Below are positions 50,352-63,730 of a DNA stretch of 64,000 nucleotides, in pieces. The notes under the pieces are model-generated. The model was not told the DNA's origin. It worked only from the letters and a program-made list of their open reading frames with translations, and did no database searches. Position numbers and translations under genes: made by a program. Position 1 is the first letter of the stretch. Each line of letters begins with the position of its first letter. Origin of the DNA: Lingula anatina (lineage: Eukaryota > Animalia > Brachiopoda); NCBI GenBank assembly GCA_051362555.1, contig CM120645.1, positions 5,518,001 to 5,582,000 on the forward strand, written 5' to 3'.

Positions 50352-53300
50352 TTACCTCCTTGGAGAGTCTTTTGTGGCAACAGTTGTGGTGTTTTTACTT
50401 GAACTGGTGGTCATTGTCACTGTTTTACTCTGTAAAGATAATTGCAAGGACATAATGAAGTGTTTTCATTTTAGGAAACTGTTCGTATTACATGGTTATT
50501 AATACATAAATCATTATCATTCCATACAATCTGTTCTCAACCTGATTATTATTTTTATAAAATGTAGCCAAATGGCCCAAAATATACTGTCGAAACAAAA
50601 CTGGAAAATAATGGGATTTAAAGAAAACCAAGGTCTTACAACTATTTAAATTTATTATCTTATCTTATTATACTCTATTTATATATTTATGCATTCTTAC
50701 TATTTTTACTCAAGAGCTACACAAATATGTAAACCGTTATACCTGTTGTGTCGGCACGGTGGCGTTTGTTGGCTTTGGCGCCGGAGTTGAACAAAATATG
50801 GGATCCTCCTCTTTGCTGTACTTCCCCACGTCCACTAGGATGATAGTGAAGAGCCGGAAGTCACCCTTTTTTATTACGTCATACTTCACAGTTGACAGGC
50901 CATCCGTCTTAATACGCCGCTTAACCGTTTTGATTGCACACGCTCTGCAAATATATAAAAAGTTGAGTTTGATAAATTTGGTAACGTTTTGGTAATCAAA
51001 TCCAGGTGCGTACCCAGGGGGGTTCGGGGGGGGGGGTCGAAAGACCTCCCCCCCCCCTCCTTTTTCGCCGGGAAAAGGCCCCCTCTGGGTAAAATTTAAT
51101 CAAGGTACACGAAGATATCATGGTAAAAGGTCCACTTCTTTAAAAAAAGAAAAACCTTTTGTAATTGCTGGCTACGGGCCTGAAATCCAATATTTCGTCT
51201 GGAAGATGGCAAAATCCAATTGCAGATAATCATTGTCCTTTAAACATGTGAAGGATTAGCTTGAAAATGTGTGCTAGAAAAGACCAGAGATTGCATAGCC
51301 ATGTCTTCAAATATTTTTTCTTGTAAACTTCCATTCACGTCCACACGCTCTGCTTTATCATTTTCTCGCTGATGCACACATTTGTGACGGGCGAGGTAAG
51401 GGGGGTGACTCTGAAATGCTCACTGAACCCCCTCCCTACCCTCTACCAGGGCCACAGATTGATTTTTCACTAGATATTCACAGATAATGTCCCTGGTTAA
51501 ATATGGTCAATCTTTTAACTGTGACTGTGGCTGGTGCCTTTAATATCTGCAGCCTTGGAAGAGGGTACCCCCTCCCCTTGTAAATGCTTTTGAGGTGTCT
51601 TACATACACAAGTGCCTTAACGTAAAGTACTAAATAAATAAGCGGTAAATGACAGAAAAAGACTCAAAAGTGTGTTCGAATGTAAAACATACTACACGTC
51701 TCGCACGTTTGTGTAAGCTGTCGTGATTTGTACTCACATGTTTTTGTAAGGCATGGTATATTTCCGCTTGGTGTGTTTCATCATTTTGTACCGCCCCACG
51801 CCCGGGCCAGGCCGCTCCAGTGTCACGCCCGAAATGTCCAATCTACAAGACGGAGAAACAATAACATTAAGTCAACTTTATCATATTGTCTGCACAAGGT
51901 TTTATAGTTATCTGTATGGCCTGCAGATTAGTAAGCTCAACACTTTAGAGCAAATTAACGAAGGGAAACAGTCTATGAAACATTTTATTTCAAATTTGGA
52001 ATGGTGATATATTGGACCATTTATTGCATAAAAGAAAGACATGTCCTTCATTAAGAGGGAACAACAAATCTAAAATTTCAACAATAAAGACTCATCGTTT
52101 TAGAAAATATTTCATAAATTATATCTTTTTTCGATTTGCAATTTTACTGAATAAACTAATTTCATTTATCAAGAAATGGTAAATTCGACAGATGAAGACT
52201 CGTATCCAACATGTCACTCAATTTTAAGATACGTTTACTGGAAATTTCAGTCAAACAAGGCAAAAAATTTTAATAATAAGTACATATCAAGAAAGTTTTG
52301 GGTTGTACTTGAAAGTAACATTGTAGCATGCTTCTTGCAGATTTTTCACCATTAAATTATATCTAAGATACAGAATATTGATCGACCAGCCTATTAAATA
52401 TAACTCTTCGAAGACATGCCTACATGAAAATGCACAAACACATATATCTTATCTAGTGGAAGTCATAAACACCTATTTTATACCCTTTGCTCACGCAATA
52501 ACTTTTTTATAAACGTGTTTCTCTCTCTTTAATCGTGTGCTCTAAATCATAAAACGCTTGATACGCCTCCAACCTACCTGACGGATGAACAAAAACATAA
52601 TTGGCGCACTTGCACGTCAGCTCAGAATATATTCGACATACATATAAACAAGATACCGGCGGTCATAAATGAGTATTCGTACCTCTGAAACATTTCATCG
52701 TCTTCTCCTCCCCATCCCCAGAGGGCGTTAGTGTAGCCATTGACCAGTTCAAAGTGCTCCTTGGGGAACGCTAGGGCGCCACCTACCAACGCCCAATATG
52801 GGAGCCTGGAAAACAACACACCATTTAACAATCAGATTACATAGCATATCTTAATAAGTAACCTTCTCGTTCGGATAATTTTGATAGAGATACTGAAATT
52901 GGCCTTAAATGAGCCATGACAGGGTCGACCATAACCTGCTAATCTGACAAATATCCTCAGTGTGAACGTTAAGTTTATAATTCTTTATTATAAAATTCTT
53001 TCCTTTTCCTGTCCTGGTTCTCGACTGCGTCGATTAAGGCAGGATTTATATTTCCTGTAGTACATAGAATGACATTAGCTTAAAGGGATAATAACTCTTC
53101 GTATGAGATTTTTATTTCACAATAAAAACTTTGTGAATAACTCACAGAAATATAATATATTCTGTTTTACCACAAAGACGGCAGTTATAGCTTTTATTCT
53201 GATATCTGAGTTGGTCTTCAGACCACGTGACCTCCATTGATGGCTATACTCTGTTATAATCTCTTAAAAGATTTTAACAAAAAAAAAACAAACTTAAAAA

Positions 53301-56002
53301 AAACAAAACAAAAAAATTAGGGACTAACTTTGAATGTAAAAATGGATTCATTAACCATTGGTAAGTATGAGAAAATTGTTGTTTGCTGCAGGAAAATTCA
53401 TTTTTTGGCCAAAACGAAGAGTTATTATCCCTTTAACACAGAATAATGACATAAATGTAATATTGATTTCATGGCTTTCTAAATTTAAAGTTTTGTTCAC
53501 AGCAGGCTTAACTTTCACCTTTTCTGGTCTAAACATGACATACACATTGCATAATTAGTGATGCGTCAATTCTCCCTATTATTTAGACGAGGCACAATCT
53601 CGTCGTTTTGTGATGCAGTTATTTTGGGTGATCTACAAAGCCATGCAATCGGGTTAAAGATTTCTAAAGGCAATCATTGTTTAGGCAATCTGATTATCTT
53701 GTTTTCATATTCTGAATAGGTCTCTATCGAACCTGGAGTGAATGCTTATCAAATGGTTGTAAACAAAGACACAAAGAATTGGTTTGTACTGAATGCTCTT
53801 ATAGATGACATTTCTCTAAAATAAATCATTTTACCCACACTGCTGGATTATTCCTAAAAAACACACGTTTTAAACTATGACTGAGGTCCCTTACCGAGAT
53901 CGATCTAACTAAACGAAAATTAATTACCCCCTAGCAACTTTAGTAGGTGTGACAGACATCTAAGTCGCTTAAGTTGTTGCAATTTAGCGAAAATCCCCTC
54001 GGAGATAGATCGATCCACAGTGAGTACGACAGGGTCTGGGAATGGTCCCTAGCAGAGCTAAGCATGACGAAGTCAATCTTTTGGCACCTGCTCAGGGTTA
54101 TGGAACAACCCGCACAATGAATTATACCATTTTGAAGTGGTCGGTGTTCGTATACACTATCATAAAAATCTTTTCATTTGCCTAATGATATTAGGTTTGT
54201 TATCATGGCTTTTCAAACTATTAATGGCCTTTGAATGACACTTGGAACCGAAGCAAAGTGCTCTGATGGTCATTATTTATGTATGATGGCCCTGTAATTG
54301 TGAGGGTATGGTGGTAATGATGTCAAGACATGGCAGCCTAGCGTGAACATCTTCTATTAGTTGCGAAAAGAATTTTTTAATCGGGGTCTCTTCAGGCGCA
54401 TTTTTACTGCACTAGTGACGGATCCACTGAGTGCCTTACTAAGAACGCGTTTCTAAACATCCTCGCCACTTGCCATGGAACCACAGTTAATGTCACAAGG
54501 ATCGTTAAATACTTCCCGCTTGCCAAGTAACCAAAATTAACCCAACTACAGTGTCAAAAAATAGACTCCCTCTTGTACGCTTAAGGTAATAACGCGATAT
54601 AAGTTGAGTTGCCATAAGTGGTCCGGAAATGCGATTGTAACAAGTTTATGGCGATTGACCTAAAACAATGTGGTAGCGCACCCCCAAAATGGCCCCTTTC
54701 TGACATAGTTTGGGTGAGTTAAATATAGGAAAGAAGGGTGAGTGGTGGGTAAAATGGTAGTTTATTTTTTAACAGAGTTGTCCTTTGAGAAACAGGCCCA
54801 GGCTCTCAAATAGCATAATAAAGCAATTTAGCTCTAGGGTTGCACTATACATAAGAACTTTTACGATATACATGCATACACTTCCAGCTTCATTTTCTGT
54901 AGCCTTTTCGGTAGTTGGTCCATAGTGTGAACTATTTGCTGATAACATAAAGGCACATGTGGCTATTGTTCAAAGGGAAATCTTACTTGTATTTTCCTTA
55001 CCCATCCCTGCGACATTTCCTTTCGTTAAAATGTGAAGTTGGTAGAATTTAAAGAAATCTGTATTCTATGTTAATCTACTCAAATGTGTACCCTGAAATC
55101 TGTGTAATTGTATGAAAGGGTTAATTGCTGACAATGGTAGTTTATATAAACAAAATAGTGATCTTACTTGTATTTAAATGTGTCCACTCCCGGCGACAAA
55201 TGTCTCGGTTGTATTGGGCAGCTGTAGATATTCCGGTCATCTTCGAGCAGCATATCTATGTCATGGAATATTACACAGTCGAATGAGAACATCTTTACGG
55301 CCTCTGCGTACCCGGCATTCATGATACGACCCTTGTTGAATTCAGCACCATCTGTCTGAAACAATCAAAATAAAAACGAGCTACATCATTAAAATACGCC
55401 AAAGTTTCCATTTGACCTGATTTTACGACTTGAGTGTTTTGATTGGTTGTATTATTGTATCAATTTCATACCCAGTCCTATGTGAATGCAATTAAACAAT
55501 GTTCGATATTTAATTTTTGTCTCGATTCCGAATATGCGCGCGATCATTTTAAATGGCTTAATGGTAAACATTTAATCAAAGCTTCACGAAGATTTTGTTT
55601 TTTGCAAATAACAGGATAAAAAAACAGCAGGTATTTCTTCCCACAAATTAAGGCACAAAATACAAAATAAATATAACTTATTAATAGGGAAGTTGAATTT
55701 TTTAAAAAGAACTTTTGGTGCAAAACAGATAAGCTATGCGATGACCAGATGGCTTGTAAGACTTACTTGTTCGACTACCACGATCCTATAGTCGAGTTTC
55801 TGGCGTTGAAGAATAGGATGATAATGTTCTAGCCATCGTAGCAAGTGTTCCCATCGATTTCTGTATGGCAAAATGATAAGCACGCGAGATCTCGAGACAC
55901 AGTCACGTGGTTTCCAGTGACCGCCTGGCAGAACGTCTGGATTTCTTTTTTCAATTTCTTCAAGTAATGAAGATGAGTTGACTTCTATAGACAGTCTTCC
56001 CT
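50352..56002 (-). CDS. GT7-family beta-1,4-galactosyl/N-acetylgalactosaminyltransferase (bre-4-like). Catalytic and tail exons 56002-55767, 55355-55168, 52805-52683, 51842-51738, 50944-50743, 50429-50352; N-terminal TM/stem exons upstream not resolved
   Basis: Motifs PGGHWKPRDC, IILPYRNRWEHL, HPILQRQKLDYRIVVVEQ, FNKGRIMNAG, FHDID (DxD), PRHLS, LPY..LVGG, NGYTNALWGWGGEDDE, GRYKMMKH, DGLS. GT-AG exons in consistent phase. Confidence 0.92.
53084..53432. mobile_element. Kolobok-like MITE (full-length copy) in a GT7 gene intron
   Basis: Perfect TIR AGGGATAATAACTCTTCG / CGAAGAGTTATTATCCCT flanked by TTAA (53080-53083, 53433-53436). Confidence 0.85.
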
Positions 56003-56811
56003 CTGTAAATGAAATTTTTATTTGAAATTATTTTGATGCGATCGTTTTAAAATCAGGTTTTCCAAGTAAAATAACCAAACACACAAATGTGAATAGGTGT
56101 AGGCCTAACATGTTGCTCAAATCAAGGCAGCGGCCAGTTTCAAAGAGGGGCTATAGCCCCAGCTTTTTTTTATAACTTTTAAAGCCCAAATTAGGTCTAT
56201 TTTAGTTTAAGATAAATACACTTTAAGTAAGTCAATATCAGATATTAGTCACATCAAAAGCCTTTCTTTGTTATAAAACAGGCACAGCAGCCCACTAGGA
56301 CTATAGATTAATCCTCTGTCGAAGTTGACAAAACTTTGGTAAAGAGGTTTAGACGACTGTTTGGGCTATAGCTAAATTCTAAAAGAGTCAACTACGCCTC
56401 TAATTGTCGAACTGTGCATATACATGTATTCAGCGCTCTGCGTGCGACAATGACTTAAAAAGAGAAGATATCTATAGAGAGATCATTTTAGACGATTTAC
56501 TTTAAAGTGAAAATCCCCTGGACACTCCGATCTAACATAATGGAAATACCCCCCCCCCCTTCCATTGCCCTTCACAAATATATAACAATTAAATTTCTGT
56601 TAAGACACGAATTTTTACTGAGAGAAACAGCTGCAGTTTTACCAAATAACCTTCGATAACACATGAATGTTTTATCTGTACTTTGCAAAATCACTACCTC
56701 AGCACCGTATCTGGTTATTACATAATATCAATCTGTCTATCTACGTTGGCCAACCAATTGTTTGGGTTTCGATCAGGATATTGGAAATGCCGCTTCGCGT
56801 AACTAACCAAT

Positions 56812-56972
56812 GGTCTCAATCAGAACAGGGGACTAACTAGCCCGAGGGTCAAACATGGCCGACCCACTTGGTATATCTATTCAGTGTCTATTAGTGGATT
56901 AGACGGCAAGCTTTGAAGTAGTTCGCCATATTTGTCCCTTGACCTATTAGTCCCCTACTCCGAATGGGGCCA
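56812..56972. mobile_element. MITE family with GGCCCCATTCAGAA termini (Harbinger-like); other copies at ~61580-61977 and 63503-63730
   Basis: Shared core GGGACTAACTAG.CCGAGGGTCAAA.ATGGCCGACCCACTTG (in reverse orientation in the other two copies). The 63.5-kb copy has perfect 14-bp TIRs. Confidence 0.75.
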
Positions 56973-57208
56973 ATGAGTCACAAGCCTCCGTGATCCTGTT
57001 CTGGGATAGGGACGAGTTATCTGGTCTGAGTAAACAACAGACAACTGTCGGTGACTTAACCGCTTATTTGTCTTGATTAATTATCTTATTTTGAGTACCG
57101 ATGTCTTGACTGTAAGCTCAATGTTTGCCAAACGTGTCAAGAGATGAGAACGAATGCCGGAAAATAAATATTCGGTGATAACTTTATCTTGTAATCAGAC
57201 ACAGTGGT

Positions 57209-57270
57209 CACTTCTTGGAAACCGCACTTTGGGCACTTCTTGGAAACCGCACTTTGGGCACTTCTTGGAA
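57209..57270. repeat. 25-bp tandem repeat, ~2.5 copies (CACTTCTTGGAAACCGCACTTTGGG)
   Basis: Direct reading. Confidence 0.85.
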
Positions 57271-57320
57271 TCCCAATACAGGTGATCAAATTTATATCGT
57301 GGGGGTGGCTTTTTTTTTAT

Positions 57321-57355
<35 letters not shown>

Positions 57356-58156
57356 GGGAGGGAGAGAGAGGGGTGGAGTGAGCGATTAGAGTGGTTTTGC
57401 ACCCCCTCCGCATTTCATAACCATCATTCCCCCATATTTCGGCATCCAACATGAATCCACAGAACTACGTAAAATACTGTGAAGATAAAATATTTTTTCC
57501 TCAAAAATCATAAAAAAATCCCTCCAATAAATGTTTATCTGAAATATAAATAATGGCGTTATTACATTTTTTGAGCATGAAAGGTGGCAACCATTCAATT
57601 TCACATAGGTAATCATGAAATAAATCAATTGCACTGATTGAAACTCGAACACGCAAGCTTTAATTGATGTCTTTATTTGATTTACCTCTCTGTTCTCGCA
57701 TGTTGATGCTTAAAAAAGATAACGCCGAGGTTTAAAATTACTTTTTTTCTAATGTTATTTGGATAGGATAAACACATCATTTATCAATGATTCAATTGTT
57801 GCGTGAACTAGATGCACCCTGCGTCTCAAATGGCACTGAGACCTCCTCTCTCACCTATCAGCACGGCCCTGCTGTTTACAGTGTCTTATTAAAATCAGGG
57901 TGACTATCACAGTCTGCGTGTGTGCATGCGTGCGTGCGTGCATGTATACTCGTCTGCTTGAGTGTGTTTTCAAGTTTCTAGGTTAATAACGTGTCATTTT
58001 CGAAGATTGCGTTATTCTAAATCGCGCTTTTCACATACAAAACGACGCTTTGAAGTAAAATACGATACTATATCCCACTAAAACACATGTTCAGGAAACA
58101 GTACCATTACTGAACGTTGAATTGCGTCGATAAAATGTCTAATGATTCCACATTAC

Positions 58157-58384
58157 CCGGTGTAAATGTAGTTCTGCTTCTAATGAATCGCCCAAGCAAG
58201 ATATCTCATTTTCACAGTAACCCAGGAAAGGTACAATGTAGTCCCATAGGAGGATAATCTGTGCAGGCAACCAACCAAGAATTGTGATTACAATTGGTAA
58301 AATGATCGATGGAAGTTGAACATTTTCTTGATCCGGTGTTTGCGGATAAGGACATAAGAATTCATTAGGCGCTTGAAATGAATG
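58157..58384 (-). CDS. Candidate N-terminal (cytoplasmic tail + type II TM anchor) exon of the GT7 gene
   Basis: Open frame MHSFQAPNEFLCPYPQ...IILPIVITILGWLPAQIILLW... ending at a GTAATG donor-like site, upstream of and on the same strand as the GT7 exons. Splice linkage not demonstrated. Confidence 0.3.
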
Positions 58385-58773
58385 CATTTTACGAGTTTGG
58401 AAAATGTGAATTTTGTATAACCTCAAAATGTGGTTCCGCCATTCTCTCTTCCAGGTGCCCTCCACGCTGTTACAAAATTGGACGAAAAAGCTCTGGAAGA
58501 TAGTAGTTTCATAAAAGTAGTATTCAAGCTACTTCTGGTCCGTTTATTTATTTATTTATTTATTTTGCGCCATTGACCGTTTGTTGATGTCAGCGTAGTA
58601 GCAGAATTCAACGCGCATCATACTGTTTCATTTTCTACTTAAATACTGAAACATTCTGTATGTAGTCCGTTTTCTGGGTGTAGCCATTCCTCATGAATGT
58701 CAATGAAAGGTATTAAACTTGTAAATAAAGAGCTCAGCTGTGAACTAGTAGATGAGAGAGAGAGAGAGAGATA

Positions 58774-59050
58774 GTTTCTACTGCCTGTACTGCGATTTGG
58801 CAGGTCAAACAATTTCTGTTTCGACATACCTAAATATTAATAACGGCATTTCTTTCTTATCAATTTATGTCCATTGATTGTGTTGTTCTATTTGCCCAAA
58901 TGCTGTGAAACCTGCATATTTTGATGGTGGTTTTGTATTAAGCAGGGAATACGAAGGCTAGACATTGCAAAAGGTTTTATCCAAAAAAAAAATTTGAAAA
59001 TGTGTCTGTTCAAATGCAAATCGCTTTGAATTCAAATCACAAAAGATTGT
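58774..59050. repeat. ~260-bp dispersed duplicate (second copy ~60093-60350), each preceded by a microsatellite
   Basis: Shared TTTCTACTG..., CAAACAATTTCTGTT.CGACATACC, CCATTGATTGTGTTG, AAATGCAAA(A)TCGC.TTGAATTCAAATCACAAAA. Confidence 0.7.
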
Positions 59051-60999
59051 AGACTACTTTGGCGTTCAAAATGCCGGACCATTTTTTGTAGTCTGATGGA
59101 AACAAAGCGATTTTTCGGGTAAACTGTAAACATATTGGGATTTGATAGTTTGTATCTTTGTTCATCCTACGAAAGGGGCGTCACTTCACGTCAACGATTT
59201 ATCCACATTTAGTAACGACGCTATATATGACACCGGGAAGTAGGCCTAACTACAATGGGGATGACACCATTCGTGTATGATTAATCCACCGCTTGTCTGG
59301 AAATCTTAATCGCTTAAATATTTACAATACGCGTTCAACAAGTTACTCAAATATCTCAGTGCGACATAAAAGTATCGTAAGCTTAATGTGCATCCATATT
59401 GATTGTACGCTTAAACAAGGCAGCAAAGCTGTCCAATGTACACACAAAAAAGCAGAAAATAAATGATGCACAAAATACGTTATTATGTCAATTTCGATGC
59501 AATATTGCATAATGCTGAACAGCAAAATCAACACCAAATTTTGATAACGCAACAGGTAACACGGATATTAAGACTAGAAGAACAGAGCGGCGATACCGCC
59601 GACGAATATTGTACCACCAGCGAGATTAAGCTCGTTCAAGTTAAATGGTAGCTATGAATGTATCTGTTTAAGTTGTGGAAAATAGGAGCTAGTAAATGTG
59701 TGAAGTGCATTTTATGTTGCAAAGTAAGTAAAAGGTCAAATTCAAGGTCACATTAAGATGCCCAACATATTACTTCCTATTCGAGTTCAATATTAATTAT
59801 ATCTTTTTTTAGATATAAGGGATACCAAATTTGCAAACTTCATTCCCCATTGAAAAGTAAGTCAGATCCAAAGTCACAGTTAGATGTCCAATATATGATT
59901 TTCTATTCATGTTCTATAGTTACTATGGGCGTATCTATGCTAGATTGGAGATATACGGGTTTGGAATTTGGAAACTGCATTCATGGCGAAAAGTAAGACA
60001 AAGGTCAACTTCAAAGTCAAATTAAGTTTGCCCATGTATGAGTTACTATTTAAGTTCAAAAGTAACTTTAACACACACACACACACAGCAACTTTCTACT
60101 GTCTACGATAAGGCAGTTCAAACAATTTCTGTTACGACATACCCGAATATCAATTACAGCATTTATTTCTTATCAGTTTATGCCCATTGATTGTGTTGCT
60201 CTAAAGTTAATTTGAAAAAATATGTGAAACATGCGTTTTTTGATGATAGTTTTGTACTAAGCAGGGTGTACCAAGGCAAGACATTGCAAAGCCTTTTGAA
60301 AATGCCTCTGCTTAAATGCAAAATCGCATTGAATTCAAATCACAAAACATTGTGGCTGACTAAAGCATTTAATAAAAACATATATGTTTACGGCGATGGT
60401 TATCTGTAATTTCTTTTGTGTGATCATATTTTCATGTTGAAGACTACTTTAAAAAGATTTTGAGTCACAACTATTATTTTAGATTGGCTCATTTTCGATA
60501 TTTGATTGAGAATGTTATTACCATACTGAACGTAACGATACACCATTGTATGTCATTGGTCTTGTAAACATCAGATATTGCTTGATTTTTATCATATCAC
60601 AAGAAATATGTCAAATAAGACATGACATTATTACATACGCTGCAGGGCTGGTGTGTAGGTACGTAGAACACCTTGTCATGGCGTCCAGATATGGAGAGGT
60701 CAAGCGTGCCAATCGCGGTTATTATCCGTCAAGCTCTTACGTGTGAGGAGTCATGCTAATACATTCCTCTTGGTATCAGCGAGTTTTAATAACTTGATTC
60801 TGCCTAAGTTAATACACTTATATTACTGACGAGTTGACCCCGCGACCGGTGCGACAAAGATGTATTCATATATTCATGCACGAAAAAAAAAAAAAAAGGT
60901 TGGCTTTTGGAGCCATTATACATGATGCGCCCAAGGCTGGCTGCATTACGTCAACGACACTATATGTAATGACAATAGAACAGAAAGGGTCGTCGAATT

Positions 61000-63222
61000 C
61001 AGAACAGCATCAGGTATTATCATGTTTATCAGCTCATTCGACAAGCAAAGGAGATCAATTATTCTGACATGATCCGTGAATGTAACGGTGACAACTAAGC
61101 AATTTTTAACAATGTTAACACCATCCTAGGCAAGAAAATGGGCCACACTACCCGCAGCAGAATCTCTTTGAAGGACTTGGCGAATACCTTGAGTAACTTT
61201 TTCAAAACTAAAGTTAGTGACATCTATGCTAAACTCAATGATCTGGAAAAACCTGTCACATGTTCATCAGTCTCTCCACGCCGGGATTTCTCTTAGAACC
61301 ACAATCACCACTGCCAGTGTTTCCCATGGCAACTGCTGATAAATTGATAACAATTATCAATAACTCAAAAAAAAAAAAAAAAAAAAAAAACTGTAGCTTA
61401 GACCCAATACCAACACCATCGCTAATTCAGATTGATCACCCACATTGTAAACACTTTCCCGGATATGCTGAAATCTGGAATTGTTTCACCTTTACTAAAA
61501 AAAACCAACCTTGATCCTGACTTTATACTTAACTATAGACCTATATCAAACCCTCATTTCTTTCAAAGGTGATTGAAAAGCTGCATTCAGAACAGCGGAC
61601 TAAATATGGCGACCCACTAAAAAGCTTGCCGTCTAATCCGCTTATAGACACTGAATAGATTCCCCATGGGGAAGTATTCAAGTGGGTCGGCCATATTTGA
61701 TCTGCAGACTAGTTAGTCTGCTGTTCTGACCTACATGAAAGGAAGACCACTTAATTCTGTAATGGTCTCTCCACCTCTTTCACGCCTCCACACGCATCGT
61801 CCCTGCAGGGGCACAGTAATTAAATCTCGGCTCGACCGTCGAGGGACGACGCGTGAGAGGCGCGTGAGAGGCGGAGAGACCATTACAGGATTAAGCGGTC
61901 TTCCTTTCATGTAGGTCCGCCATATTTAGGCCGTTAACCCGCTAGCACTCGGCTCTTCTCATTCTGAATGGCCCCTGGGTGTCAAAGATCAATCCATTAC
62001 ATTCCTTCGTTCATACCTCACTGGGAGTTCACAACAAATTTCGGTAAATGGCATATTTTCTGATCTTTCTGATTTTTCACAACTTGTTTTTGGGGTGCCC
62101 CAAGACAGTGTCCTTGGGACACTTTTCTTTTGCATTTATATCTGTCACTTGGTGCCATCTTACGTCATCAGAAACTTAGATACCACATGTACGCTGATGA
62201 TACTCAGATCTATACTTGCTGTGACATGCAAAATCCTACGGATAAAGTTACCAACTGTGTGGCTGATATTCGCGCCTGGCTTATCAACAACAAACTGAAA
62301 TTAAATGACGGAAAGACTGACTTTTTATTAATCACGCAACCACAAAACAAGCAATTTGCACAGAATCTACAACTTGAATTACCAGAGGGCACCGTTGTTG
62401 TGAACCAGTTACGATACGTGAAAAAAACCTGGGTGTCTACTTTGATTCCACTCTCTCCATGGATAGACAAATATCAAATATCACTCGATCATGTATTTTT
62501 AACATAAGAAACATCGGTGCTATTAGAAACTACCTGGATCAACCTTCTGCGGCAACAGTTATTTATGCGATGATCACCTTTCTTTTAGAATACTGCAACT
62601 CATTACTCAATGGCGTCTTTTAACGCGCACACCCAGGGAGACTCGCATTACACCCGTTTTAAAGCAGTTACACTGGCTTCCTATTAGACCACACATTTTA
62701 TTCAGAATTTTAACTTTTATGCATGCATTTTTTTTTACCAATCAGCACCCCGGTACTACTGGTACAAAAACTGGTTCACCGTTATGCTCCAAAACGTAGT
62801 TTAAGATCACTTGACCAGTTTTTGCTCAAGCCATGTGATACCAGGTTGAGAACATACGGCGACAAAGCTCTCCAAGTCTATAGACCAAATGAATAGAACA
62901 TTCTCCCAATATACTTAAAAACTATAGAGTCTGAGGACAATTAAAAAAAAAAATTAAAAACTTTTAAACTCAAAAGGTTTTATGACTGATTTGACTGGTT
63001 GTTATCTTTACATTGTACTATGTATTTTAATATCTTGTGATTTAATTGTCCATATATATTTATTTACTTTGTACTATACATTTTAATATCTTAATACCTT
63101 AACTACGTATTTATTTATTTATTGACTTTATTCTTCTTATACTGTTCATTTTACCCATGTAAAGTCTACTAAACTTTTTATATGGATTTTAGACTATAAA
63201 TAATATTATTTTTATTATTACC
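61000..63222 (+). mobile_element. Decayed L2/CR1-type LINE (ORF2 RT region to 3' tail), interrupted by MITEs
   Basis: LDPIPT, PLLKK, NYRPISN, FLSKVIEK, GVPQDSVLG, YHMYADDTQIY, KLKLNDGKT, YCNSLL, LHWLP fragments with many frameshifts. AT-rich 3' tail ending in TTATTA. Confidence 0.85.
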
Positions 63223-63502
63223 ACCAAACATTGTGGCGTAACTTAGAGTAGGCGAAAAATTGAGAGGAGACAGCTTGTTAAAGGCAAGAAAAAATAGGAA
63301 AAGCGATTCTAATTTCATTTTATTTCTATTTAATTTTCAACACGATTTTACTTGTGAGATATGTCGATGAATAAAAAAACAAATTATTTCTTACCATCAT
63401 TACACATGAGGCAAGAAAAGCATATTTCATTGCAGCTCTTTCACCTCCATGTTTGACAGCAGTGAACAGACAGGCTAGCGAGCACTACCAGTATCCATGT
63501 AC

Positions 63503-63545
63503 GGCCCCATTCAGAATAAGGGACTAACGAGTCAAATATGACGAC

Positions 63546-63621
<76 letters not shown>

Positions 63622-63730
63622 TCGTCTTATCCGCTAACAGACACTGAATCGATATCCCGTGGGGAAGTATTCAAGTGGGTCGGCCATATTTGACCCTCGG
63701 ACTAGTTAGTCCCCTATTCTGAATGGGGCC
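63503..63730. mobile_element. MITE (GGCCCCATTCAGAA TIR) containing an internal (GA)n microsatellite at 63548-63617
   Basis: Perfect 14-bp inverted termini; homologous to the 56.8-kb and 61.6-kb copies. Confidence 0.8.

Noticed and set aside
56501-56531. Micro-exon candidate (SECPGDFHFK) for the GT7 stem
   Set aside because: The Cys-Pro frame ends in phase 0 but the next exon needs phase 1
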